From IMG/VR virus record IMGVR_UViG_3300028045_000006, positions 1 to 36,708 of that record: 36,708 bases of DNA; one strand, given 5' to 3'. A program made the position numbers and the translations under genes. Positions within the stretch are counted from its first letter, which is position 1, and each line of letters opens with the position of its first letter. Source of the stretch: a virus. Of the stretch, positions 1-7,974 are shown piece after piece. Below the pieces are notes generated by a model. It saw only the letters and a list, made by a program, of their open reading frames with translations, was not told the origin of the DNA and did not search any database.

Positions 1-127
1 AATGGAAACACAAGAATTAAAACAATCAATAGAAGAAATGCGTCAAGAGGTCGTGATTAGTGATGTAACGGATAGGATTAGAATAATGTGTCTTGATGCT
101 TTGGATAGTGCGGATGAGTGTTTGGAT
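1..127. repeat. Terminal direct repeat, copy A (identical to 36582..36708); circular-contig overlap
   Basis: Aligned by eye base by base: aatggaaacacaagaatt...gagtgtttggat occurs at both ends, exactly 127 nt. Confidence 0.95.
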
Positions 128-205
128 GTGCCACAATGCAGAAGCTCAATACAGGCAGTGATAGCAACAGTAAGAACTTTTATAAGGAGGAATATTGAAA
201 AATAG
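2..205 (+). CDS. Hypothetical protein (67 aa), spans the circular junction
   Basis: ORF track. Its ATG overlaps the stop of 36395..36583 as TAATG when the ends are joined, so it belongs to the rightward operon. Confidence 0.6.
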   Translation: METQELKQSIEEMRQEVVISDVTDRIRIMCLDALDSADECLDVPQCRSSIQAVIATVRTFIRRNIEK

Positions 206-223
206 GTCAAAATAGTGTACTAT
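195..223 (+). promoter_or_regulatory. Candidate sigma70-like promoter TTGAAA-N17-TACTAT
   Basis: TTGAAA at 195..200, exact 17-nt spacer, TACTAT at 218..223. It lies at the start of one of the few gaps on this arm (206..291). Confidence 0.35.
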
Positions 224-291
224 ACATATGCAACAATTGAGAATCAAGTGTTTATAAGCCCCGCCTAACTCGTTGCTGTATACGGTAATCG

Positions 292-618
292 ATGGTGGGG
301 CTGAACCTTAAACCTATGAACAAAATAGCAGAAGACTACGACTATCTAATGGACGCAATGTCGTGTCATCACGAGACAATGCTTTTATTGCATAAAATAT
401 TCGATGAACCTGATGTAAACGGTTTAGAGCATGGTTGGCTACAATTAGAGGAAGGTTACAGAATTAACGTAGGTGTAGTTATTGAAGGAATAAGAGTGAG
501 TGTACAAAGAATCTTCAAACCAGGAGACAGTCCTAATAAGATAGCGATACAAATAAACGCAGAATTACTTTCTAATATAGATGAGTTGTATGAAGATGAG
601 TCCAAGCCGAATGGCTAA
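292..618 (+). CDS. Hypothetical protein (108 aa; the start is more likely ATG 316)
   Basis: ORF track. The in-frame ATG at 316 is preceded by aaccttaaacct, the leader type seen at other starts. Confidence 0.55.
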   Translation: MVGLNLKPMNKIAEDYDYLMDAMSCHHETMLLLHKIFDEPDVNGLEHGWLQLEEGYRINVGVVIEGIRVSVQRIFKPGDSPNKIAIQINAELLSNIDELYEDESKPNG

Positions 619-970
619 CATAATAGCAAAGAACGAATGGTCTAGTTTGGTTAGAGCTAAGGCAGGTGATGTTTGTGAAATATGTGGGAGAACAGGTAAG
701 TTAGACGCACATCACATCTTCAGAAAACAATCGAACTACATGAAGACACTCCTATCAAATGGCATCGCTCTTTGTTTTAACTGTCATCGTAACGGAATAC
801 ATTCTCCTGATTGGAAAGATCAACGAATAATGAGCGACAAAATACAAGCCTATAAAGGCGAAGAAGAAATGGAACGTCTAAACAGACTAAAACACAATCC
901 TCCTAAGCTTACTTTAGACGAACTTAAAGAAATCAGGAAAGACTACGCTCAAATGTTAAATGAGTATTGA
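581..970 (+). CDS. HNH endonuclease (start ambiguous: 581, 590, 596 or 611)
   Basis: CEICG...DAHHI...NGIALCFNCHRNGIHS is an HNH or His-Me finger motif with two Cys pairs. Confidence 0.75.
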   Translation: MSCMKMSPSRMANIIAKNEWSSLVRAKAGDVCEICGRTGKLDAHHIFRKQSNYMKTLLSNGIALCFNCHRNGIHSPDWKDQRIMSDKIQAYKGEEEMERLNRLKHNPPKLTLDELKEIRKDYAQMLNEY

Positions 971-995
971 CTTTTAGATTTGTATAGCGTATTGT
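967..995 (+). promoter_or_regulatory. Candidate sigma70-like promoter TTGACT-N17-TATTGT, giving a (near-)leaderless RHH transcript
   Basis: TTGACT at 967..972, 17-nt spacer, TATTGT at 990..995. The ATG of the next gene is at 1002, only 6 nt after the -10. Confidence 0.4.
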
Positions 996-1001
996 ACGGA
1001 C

Positions 1002-1238
1002 ATGAAGGATTGCAAGACAACAATTAGAATGTCTAAGGATGAGAAGGAACTTGGTGAGAGGTTGGCCAAAAGGCACAATGTTTCTTTTTCACAGTACGTT
1101 AGAAATTTGACAATGATTGACCGAATGGAGGAAGAGAGTGCAGAACGTATGAGGCTACTTGACGCAATGCCAGAGAAGGAGAGGATGAAGTATTTGAAGG
1201 AGTGTAAGTACGACCCTTTCCCAGATTTATCTATTTAA
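1002..1238 (+). CDS. Ribbon-helix-helix (CopG/Arc/MetJ-like) DNA-binding protein
   Basis: The N-terminal TIRMSKDEKELGERLAKRHNVSFSQYVRNL matches the RHH strand-helix-helix pattern. Confidence 0.5.
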   Translation: MKDCKTTIRMSKDEKELGERLAKRHNVSFSQYVRNLTMIDRMEEESAERMRLLDAMPEKERMKYLKECKYDPFPDLSI

Positions 1239-1247
1239 CCAAAAACC

Positions 1248-1481
1248 ATGAATAAATTAGTTATTAGTTACACGCTTGATGACGAGAAGATAGGACTTAT
1301 CTCAATGGAAGGATCAAAAGAGATGATTGGGGAAACTGAGGCTATGAACGTCCTTTCTGCGGCACTTAGCGAAGAAGCCCGAGCCTTTGTGAGAATGCAT
1401 GATCCTGAGTGTGTTTGTAAAGCACTTATGTTTGCCAAACAAATTGTTGCTTTCTTCGACTATCAGCATCCACCATTATAA
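1248..1481 (+). CDS. Hypothetical protein (77 aa)
   Basis: ORF track; tightly packed in the operon; leader ttaaccaaaaacc. Confidence 0.55.
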   Translation: MNKLVISYTLDDEKIGLISMEGSKEMIGETEAMNVLSAALSEEARAFVRMHDPECVCKALMFAKQIVAFFDYQHPPL

Positions 1482-1493
1482 ACCTTAACCAAA

Positions 1494-1748
1494 ATGAATA
1501 TGGAATTCAAAACAACTGATTTTGAAATCACTTGCGCTTTAAGAGCGGCAAAAGCAAAGTTGCTCGACATCAGACCTAAGTCGCACAACACGAAACAATG
1601 CGAGTTTATTTTTGAAGACACGCCTCGCCTTCGTGACATGGTGAGAAACTATGGGACTGGCGACCTTCAGGTTTCTGCCTTAGCGATGATCCACGCATTA
1701 GCTGACACAAAATCTTGGATGTATCTAAATATACAAAACGCTAGATGA
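1494..1748 (+). CDS. Small phage protein, DUF5659-like
   Basis: The pattern FKTTDFEITCAL...KLLDI...CEFIFEDTPRLRDMV...G.L.V...M resembles the DUF5659 family as I recall it. Confidence 0.4.
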   Translation: MNMEFKTTDFEITCALRAAKAKLLDIRPKSHNTKQCEFIFEDTPRLRDMVRNYGTGDLQVSALAMIHALADTKSWMYLNIQNAR

Positions 1749-1957
1749 ACAAATTTATCCCCCAGGGCGACCTAGCTGACGTATGGGAGAGCTGGGCTGA
1801 GTATGGTGAATATGAGCCAGAAACACCCCCCAACAAGCTTTTAGGCTATCACGTCAAGATTACTCCAAAGAAGGCGGTAGATTTCCAATACATGAAGACG
1901 GCTGGAATAATGCAAGGATTAGTAAAAAACTTCAAAGACAAACATTGTAATTTATAA
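1745..1957 (+). CDS. Hypothetical protein (70 aa), last gene of the rightward arm
   Basis: ORF track; ATGA overlap with the upstream gene. Confidence 0.5.
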   Translation: MNKFIPQGDLADVWESWAEYGEYEPETPPNKLLGYHVKITPKKAVDFQYMKTAGIMQGLVKNFKDKHCNL

Positions 1958-1988
1958 AAAACTGACCAACCGTTGAACCTACTTTAAC

Positions 1989-2120
1989 TCAATCTTTGAT
2001 CGAGCATATATTCGACTCTAACGCATCAGCCAGTAATTTGATTGGTTGTTTCATAGTATGCTGCTCTTGACCTAGTTGGTATGTATTATTACTTGTCCAG
2101 CTACTTATTGAAACTCTCAT
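1989..2120 (-). CDS. Possible 43-aa ORF downstream of the holin-like gene
   Basis: Hand translation: MRVSISSWTSNNTYQLGQEQHTMKQPIKLLADALESNICSIKD. No recognisable motif or TM segment. Confidence 0.2.
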   Translation of the reverse strand: MRVSISSWTSNNTYQLGQEQHTMKQPIKLLADALESNICSIKD

Positions 2121-2139
2121 AGTCTACCACATAATTGTC

Positions 2140-2325
2140 TTAAATTGCAAGCTTCTCACTTGTGATGAATCTAAGAAGAACATTTCCTACTCCGTTAATT
2201 AGAGCAAGAATGTCTGTTGGAATGTAGTATACATTGCTTACAACTTGCACTATTCCAAGAGCGATAGTGATTAAGTTGAAGTAAAGCGTTTTACTCTTCC
2301 AGATAGACTTTGTGTTTTTTGCCAT
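2140..2325 (-). CDS. Holin-like small membrane protein (2 predicted TM segments)
   Basis: 61 aa with hydrophobic stretches LYFNLITIALGIVQVV and ILALINGVGNVLLRFI. It lies 2 nt downstream of the putative endolysin. Confidence 0.55.
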   Translation of the reverse strand: MAKNTKSIWKSKTLYFNLITIALGIVQVVSNVYYIPTDILALINGVGNVLLRFITSEKLAI

Positions 2326-2327
2326 GC

Positions 2328-3164
2328 TTATTTTGTTAAGTATTTGCTGTAGTTATGTAAAATTTGCACCATTTCTGAGCGTGTAACAGCTTTTTCGGGT
2401 AAAAACGACCCATCACCGTACCCATGGACTATTTCGTTGTCTTTTGCCCATTGTATTGCTTCTGCGAATGGACTTTCTTCAGTTACATCTTTGAAGATAT
2501 ATTTTATGTCTTTGTGGTCGTATAAGACATAGCAAGAGCCAAGCCATTTAACATCTTCATTCTTTACTAAAAATGTACCGTCATCAAACTTTCCCCAGGT
2601 ACTTCCCCAAGAATTAGATACAATCTTATAAAAAGGTTTATACCCAGTTATACATACAGCGTGTCCTCCAACTCTATCTCCATCATTGCCTCCCCAAATA
2701 CCTTCGTGTTTAGCCTTCTTGAAGTTGGTTTTGGTAACATCCATCGAGGTTACTATTGCAAAGCCCTTAGAGAGCCAGTAATTGACCTCGCTTTTTGGTA
2801 TACGAGCGTACCCGTCTATTTTATAGATTCCATCCGAAGTATGTAGTCCGTTCTTTACAATTGATTTAAGTGCAGTTTGAACGTAGTCTCCCTCTTTTAC
2901 CCTTGTGCCAAACTTCCCTTGCAACTCCCATCCTTTGTCGAATAAAGGATCAAGTTCTTTGTTGTGTTCTGCTTCGTTTGCAACTTGAGCTGAATGGTAT
3001 GCAGAGAAACAGGTACACATTGAAGATTTACCTTGATCTCCTTCCGTTAGTTCTAGCCTTACGCTTTCTGGCAAAGGAGCGTCGTCCTTGCCTAAAATCT
3101 GTTCAGCTATGTAATCACGAGAATCTGGGGCATCTAAAGCCCCAACAGGTCTTTCGTCATTCAT
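2328..3164 (-). CDS. Putative endolysin: papain-like (C1) cysteine peptidase with a C-terminal SLH domain
   Basis: C1 signatures: QGKSSMCTCFSAYH (Cys), GGHAVCITGY (His), SNSWGSTWG (Asn/Trp). The C-terminal FKDVTEESPFAEAIQWAKDNEIVHGYGDGSFLPEKAVTRSEMVQIL matches the SLH consensus F.DV...A..I.W....I..GY.DG.F.P....TR.E. Confidence 0.7.
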   Translation of the reverse strand: MNDERPVGALDAPDSRDYIAEQILGKDDAPLPESVRLELTEGDQGKSSMCTCFSAYHSAQVANEAEHNKELDPLFDKGWELQGKFGTRVKEGDYVQTALKSIVKNGLHTSDGIYKIDGYARIPKSEVNYWLSKGFAIVTSMDVTKTNFKKAKHEGIWGGNDGDRVGGHAVCITGYKPFYKIVSNSWGSTWGKFDDGTFLVKNEDVKWLGSCYVLYDHKDIKYIFKDVTEESPFAEAIQWAKDNEIVHGYGDGSFLPEKAVTRSEMVQILHNYSKYLTK

Positions 3165-3180
3165 ACGAATTGATTAAGAA

Positions 3181-3411
3181 TTATTTCTTAGCTTTCTTTT
3201 TCTTAGGCTTCTTTTCTTCCTTGACCTTGTTTGCAGCTTTAATCTTAGCTGCTAGTTTAGATTGGTCAACCGTCTCCTCTTCCTTGAGAGACGTCTTCTC
3301 GAAAGAAACTGCTCCTTCAATCTTTTCGTGCAATTCAGGATTGAATCGGAAATCTTTTATACAAAGTTCCTTTCCAGTTTCCTTGCACTTTACTGTTAGT
3401 GGTTTCCACAT
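3181..3411 (-). CDS. Hypothetical protein with a poly-Lys tail (76 aa)
   Basis: ORF track; C-terminal KVKEEKKPKKKKAKK; leader taaccaatacact. Confidence 0.5.
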   Translation of the reverse strand: MWKPLTVKCKETGKELCIKDFRFNPELHEKIEGAVSFEKTSLKEEETVDQSKLAAKIKAANKVKEEKKPKKKKAKK

Positions 3412-3560
3412 AGTGTATTGGTTAATTGACTTATTAAGTTATATGTGTTAAGGTTTGAGTATGAGTTGTATCCTACCAATTATTTACATCTTGTTTATTA
3501 TCTTCGCTTTTTCCATTCATTGGGCGTTGGGCTTAATACTTATCGCTCTTTTGTTTGTTC

Positions 3561-5192
3561 CTAATCAGAATTAAGATCACTTTCTGTTAATCCTTGAAGC
3601 ATCAGGTAATCTCCAAATGTTTTTACTGGCTTGGCTGAATAAAATTCTAGGGCATTGCCAACTCTGTACAACGTTCTTCCTCCTATTGTTTTAATGGGCG
3701 TAGTTGCCATATCCCAAGCGCCAGACCAGAATGTTCCAAATCCTCCTTTGAATCTTCCTCCAGTTCTAGCCTTTACGCCTATTCCTTCTAATTGCTTAAG
3801 ATTAGCATAATCTCTATATTGAGCCTTTATGTTTGGATCTTTCAAAACTTCATAAATATCATTTCTTATCTCGTTAGCGAATTTATTTTTTACTTGTCTC
3901 CATCCACTTACTACATCTTTGCCTTTGAATATTTTCTGTGGTGTAAATTTATCTAATGAACTTTTTATACTTTGTGCATCTATGTAGGAAGCCGACGGGG
4001 TGTCTTTGTAATCTTCTTTTAAAACCTCTAATCCTTCTAGTAAATCAGCTCTTCTGGCAGGTTCTTTTTCTTTCATTATTTCCTTTTCTATCTTTTTGAA
4101 TTTAGAGGTGAAATCCATAGGTTTTTCTACAGACTTAAGTTCTGGTTCTATTTCCTTCTTCCATATTTCATTAGCCTGTTTCGCACTTTTAACGCCTATC
4201 CCTTTTTCTGTTCCGACTATGCCTTTTTTTAATGCCGATTCAGACGCGATATTAGGTTTTTCTTTAAGTATTCCAGCCTCATATTTTTGCATTAACTCAG
4301 CCTCTTTAGTACTAGGCTTGATTGCTGTCTCGTATAATTTCTCTCCAGCAGCTTTGATGCCTTGACCAACTGGTTCTACAACTGTTTCGGCAGCTTTTTT
4401 GCCTTTTTTTAATCCTAATCCCATAAGTCCAACGTCAACAGGAGCCATCCATTGAGCCTTGATGTCTTCATATTCTGGTGTGCCTTCAACGATACCAGCC
4501 TTTTCCAATCCATAATCAACTATATGACTATAAATTTCTCTAGGAACTGTTAATGGCAACCCGACCGTCCAAGCAGCAATCTCATTCCCGTAAGGCAAGT
4601 TGCTCAAAGTTCCACTAATCGGACTTAGAAGAGTTCCTATTGTTCCTTCTGCTATTTTCGACCAACCTGTGCCACTCTGCATAATCCCTTCTTCCGCATT
4701 TTCGTTTGTAGTTCCTTGATAAATGTCCTTAACGCCACTTCCTATAGTAGAAAGACCTTGTTTCGCTTGCCCAATAATATCTGGGCTTTCCTGGCTCATC
4801 ATCGTCTTTGCATCAGCTTCTGACAATCCTTTCGTTTCCATGATAAAATCAATCATCTGTTGTTTCTCTGGACTTGGTTTGGTCAGCGACTCTTGCGTAA
4901 TATCCATTACGGATTTCGTTACTTCTGGAGTGACTCCTGTTTGTGGAACATTTTGGATAGATTCCACTTGCGCTTGTTTTTCTTTCGCTGCATCTATTCC
5001 TGGTTGAAGCATTGGCATCAAAGAACTTGTGAAAGGAGCCTGCTCTTGCATATACGCCTTCTTGGTTTGTACCAAAGCAGCTTTAGCGTCTTCAAAGCTA
5101 GTTCCTTCAGCCTGCTTTGCCATCATAAAGTTATAATCTGACATGGACATATCGGCTGGTTTTTGCGGTTTTGTTTGTGTTGTAGGTATCAT
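3561..5192 (-). CDS. Large virion-associated protein (543 aa), possible internal or ejection protein
   Basis: Position next to the 917-aa CHAP protein at the distal end of the structural module. No diagnostic motif seen. Confidence 0.35.
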   Translation of the reverse strand: MIPTTQTKPQKPADMSMSDYNFMMAKQAEGTSFEDAKAALVQTKKAYMQEQAPFTSSLMPMLQPGIDAAKEKQAQVESIQNVPQTGVTPEVTKSVMDITQESLTKPSPEKQQMIDFIMETKGLSEADAKTMMSQESPDIIGQAKQGLSTIGSGVKDIYQGTTNENAEEGIMQSGTGWSKIAEGTIGTLLSPISGTLSNLPYGNEIAAWTVGLPLTVPREIYSHIVDYGLEKAGIVEGTPEYEDIKAQWMAPVDVGLMGLGLKKGKKAAETVVEPVGQGIKAAGEKLYETAIKPSTKEAELMQKYEAGILKEKPNIASESALKKGIVGTEKGIGVKSAKQANEIWKKEIEPELKSVEKPMDFTSKFKKIEKEIMKEKEPARRADLLEGLEVLKEDYKDTPSASYIDAQSIKSSLDKFTPQKIFKGKDVVSGWRQVKNKFANEIRNDIYEVLKDPNIKAQYRDYANLKQLEGIGVKARTGGRFKGGFGTFWSGAWDMATTPIKTIGGRTLYRVGNALEFYSAKPVKTFGDYLMLQGLTESDLNSD

Positions 5193-5202
5193 TATATTTT
5201 GG

Positions 5203-7956
5203 TTACCATTTAATTGAATCTATACTATCTGGAACATATTTACTGTCTTCCACCGACTTGTTGTAAAGGTCGAGGTCTGCTTGTTGTTGTTTTTCTTCGG
5301 GTGTCATAGGCACGTTCTCTTTAATTATTGAATCTGGGTCAATTCCTGCGTCTATTAAGGCTTGTTTCTTTTCTGGATCAATAATAGTTTGAGCATATTC
5401 CTTCCCCATTGTAGACTTGTAAGAATACCTGGCTGCCGTAATCTTAGAGGACAGGAATTCAGACGCTGTATTCAATATTCCTTCAAATTGTTGTTCTGAA
5501 AACTGTAATCCGAGTAGTCTCTTCTGATTCTCTATTTCAGATTCAGAAGGAGCAGCTCCAGTCCCTTTCCATACGGCTGCTATTTCGGTTGCAAGTTGTT
5601 CTAATCCGAATTGGAGATTAACAATCTCTGTATTACCACTTTCCGCACTCCACCAGTTGGACAGTTTATTCAGTTCTTGTATGTCGTCAGGAGTTAAATT
5701 TTGGGTCATCTTTTTAACGTCTGCCAAATGCCCCAAAGCAGTGTTGATAGATAACTTGTTTTTACCGACAGAACTCTCAGTTGAATCCCATTTCTTTCTA
5801 AACTCATACCTAATCTTGTTTGTGTTTTCACTAAAATCAGGATCGACACTCTGTGCTTGCTGTAGTATTTTCTGCCTAGCCTTAGAACCTTCCATTCCTC
5901 TACTTGCCATTAAGTCTGCTAACAGTACGTCACCGTTCAGTAGTTGTTTTATATTGCTTTGGTCGTCAGAGGACAAAGCCGAAAATGCCCCTTGTTCCTT
6001 TGGGGTTAAACCTTCCCAGAAATCTGGGTAAGCTTCTTCTGGGTTAGTGCCACCACTAGGTCTGCCGAACTTCATACCGTCTGTTGACATATCGTGTGTG
6101 CCTATTTTCCCAGATTCAACATAATTAGCATCTTTAACCGTAACCGTACCCCCATCATCACTAACTGAAACAACGAATCCTGCATGACCAACATTGTCTC
6201 CATAAGGTGAAACGAATATGTCTCCAGCCTGTGGGCTGTCTACTGAAATAGACTGTATTGCGTTTATTTTAGAGTCGTAATCATCACCCATCGTTAATCC
6301 AGTATACCTATTCACGAACTGCGCACATTGTATACTTCCAGTCTTACCATTCCATGAGTCTATAGCTGGTTCTCCTGTTGTTGGATCTATTGGCGTTCCA
6401 TCTGGAACAGACAATGCGTCATTTACAGTTCCCCACGCCCCCTGAAAGCCACCACCTTCGCCTTCAGGCGTATACACAACTTTTGGTGGAGTTTTCCCAG
6501 TAGGATCAGTTTGCAACCACCTACCATCGTCCATCTCCTGATATTGGAAATTAGGATTGGCCCTCTTGAGTTCTTTGAATTTCTCTTGGTCAGTATCAGA
6601 TAATGCGCTGTAGAACTCCCATTCTTGTACTTGAGAAGGCTTACCAATATATTTAATGTCCTCTCTTAACTTCTCCGCTTGTGCTAGTTTGTAATCACGT
6701 TCAGCTTCATCCTTGGTTGCTAAGGCTTCAGCCTCCAACTTAATAGCTGATTGCAATGCTAAAGCTTCAGGCATGCTTAAATTTGTGTTCTGAATCATGT
6801 TGCTTAAATCTGCCTCTGTAAGGTTGACTATTGATGCTCCCATAGCTTCCATGTTGGCAACTGTTGTTTCTGTTACCGTATTAACAGTCTCAGCCATCTT
6901 CATTGATTGCTCTGCAAATGCTGTTTCGGCATCTATTTGATCAATTGCTGCTTGTTGGATTTGTCCGTCTGCTTGAGCTATAGCTGCTTTGTATTTAGCA
7001 GCAGAGTCCCAGTCTTCCATCTCCTGCGCACGTTTCAAACTCTTTATTGCTTGGTTTCTTTGTCCTTCAGCTTTTTGTCGTTGTAATTTTATGATTCCTA
7101 ACTTCCTGTCTACGTTCTTTTTGAATACACTTATTACGCCCTTAGCTCCTCCTTTAATTTCTCCTGTTTCTGGATCCATAACGCCTTCACTCACAACACC
7201 TTCTCTTCCTGGAGACAATGCTGCTGTTACAGAAGCTACACTTGACTCTAGAGATTCACCTGCTTGTGATGCTTGTTCTGATTCTAATTTACCAGCCAAT
7301 TCGTTTTGTTTCTCCAAATAAGATAATTCTCCTGCCTGTTTATCTTGTAAATAACCTTGAAAATATTCTTCTAAAGTAGAAAAAGGAGCATCTCCGAATC
7401 CTAGGTCTTCAAATTGAGTAGCCGTTCCAGCCGTATCACCACTTGCCGTAGCTTTCACATAATCATCATAATTTTTATAAGGATACCACGGATTGTCTTC
7501 TGTTCCTGAACCTAGTCCAACTACATTCCCTTGATCATCATAAGCGAATCCTGCTTGTCCTTGGTAAGGAGTGTCTTTAACAGGAAGTCCTTGATCACCA
7601 GCTAACTCTTTTCCTTTAGGAGAATCTGGACTATAGAGCTTACCTGTAGACGGATCTTTTATTTGCCATCCTCCTCCTGGTTTCTCTTGAAAGACTCCAG
7701 TACCTTGTGATTGTGGTTGATCAGGAGCTACCTCGGGAACCTCTGGCGTGGCTTGTTGACTCTTCCACTCTTGGACTCCTTTGGCGTAATCCTTAGAACT
7801 ACCATAGTCAGTTTTCTTTGGTGGTGTTACAGCAGGCTTCACGCTTTCTGTGTCAATTTTGATTGGTTCCACCTTCGGAATGTCTTTTTTTTGAGCAGCT
7901 AAAGCGGCCTTGTATTCAGCCCTAGATTTAAACTGATCTCTGTATAGTTTTGCCAT
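5203..7956 (-). CDS. Large virion protein (917 aa) with an internal CHAP peptidoglycan-hydrolase domain
   Basis: The spacing of SIQCAQFVNRY (Cys codon 6325..6327) and NVGHAGFVVSV (His codon 6184..6186) is typical of CHAP. Long coiled or low-complexity flanks resemble ejection proteins. Confidence 0.6.
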   Translation of the reverse strand: MAKLYRDQFKSRAEYKAALAAQKKDIPKVEPIKIDTESVKPAVTPPKKTDYGSSKDYAKGVQEWKSQQATPEVPEVAPDQPQSQGTGVFQEKPGGGWQIKDPSTGKLYSPDSPKGKELAGDQGLPVKDTPYQGQAGFAYDDQGNVVGLGSGTEDNPWYPYKNYDDYVKATASGDTAGTATQFEDLGFGDAPFSTLEEYFQGYLQDKQAGELSYLEKQNELAGKLESEQASQAGESLESSVASVTAALSPGREGVVSEGVMDPETGEIKGGAKGVISVFKKNVDRKLGIIKLQRQKAEGQRNQAIKSLKRAQEMEDWDSAAKYKAAIAQADGQIQQAAIDQIDAETAFAEQSMKMAETVNTVTETTVANMEAMGASIVNLTEADLSNMIQNTNLSMPEALALQSAIKLEAEALATKDEAERDYKLAQAEKLREDIKYIGKPSQVQEWEFYSALSDTDQEKFKELKRANPNFQYQEMDDGRWLQTDPTGKTPPKVVYTPEGEGGGFQGAWGTVNDALSVPDGTPIDPTTGEPAIDSWNGKTGSIQCAQFVNRYTGLTMGDDYDSKINAIQSISVDSPQAGDIFVSPYGDNVGHAGFVVSVSDDGGTVTVKDANYVESGKIGTHDMSTDGMKFGRPSGGTNPEEAYPDFWEGLTPKEQGAFSALSSDDQSNIKQLLNGDVLLADLMASRGMEGSKARQKILQQAQSVDPDFSENTNKIRYEFRKKWDSTESSVGKNKLSINTALGHLADVKKMTQNLTPDDIQELNKLSNWWSAESGNTEIVNLQFGLEQLATEIAAVWKGTGAAPSESEIENQKRLLGLQFSEQQFEGILNTASEFLSSKITAARYSYKSTMGKEYAQTIIDPEKKQALIDAGIDPDSIIKENVPMTPEEKQQQADLDLYNKSVEDSKYVPDSIDSIKW

Positions 7957-7974
7957 ATATTTTTAGTTAATTGT

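Noticed and set aside
1-127. The terminal 127-nt direct repeat as a biological DTR, an LTR-like element or the boundary of a mobile element
   Set aside because: The repeat is exactly 127 nt, a typical assembler k-mer. It cuts through an ORF and an operon with no sequence feature at its edges. A circular-contig overlap is the simpler reading. Only read-level data can fully exclude a real short DTR.
184-190. AAGGAGG at 184..190, the only perfect Shine-Dalgarno-like string I noticed
   Set aside because: It lies inside ORF 2..205 (coding ..RRN..) and no start codon follows at 5 to 12 nt. No real start in the genome uses such a motif.
1958-2139. The convergent junction between the two arms as a bidirectional intrinsic terminator, tRNA or attP site
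   Set aside because: I could find only 3- to 4-bp inverted repeats, no GC-rich stem with a U/A-tract, no cloverleaf-compatible sequence and no adjacent integrase. The region may instead hold the weak 43-aa ORF 1989..2120.
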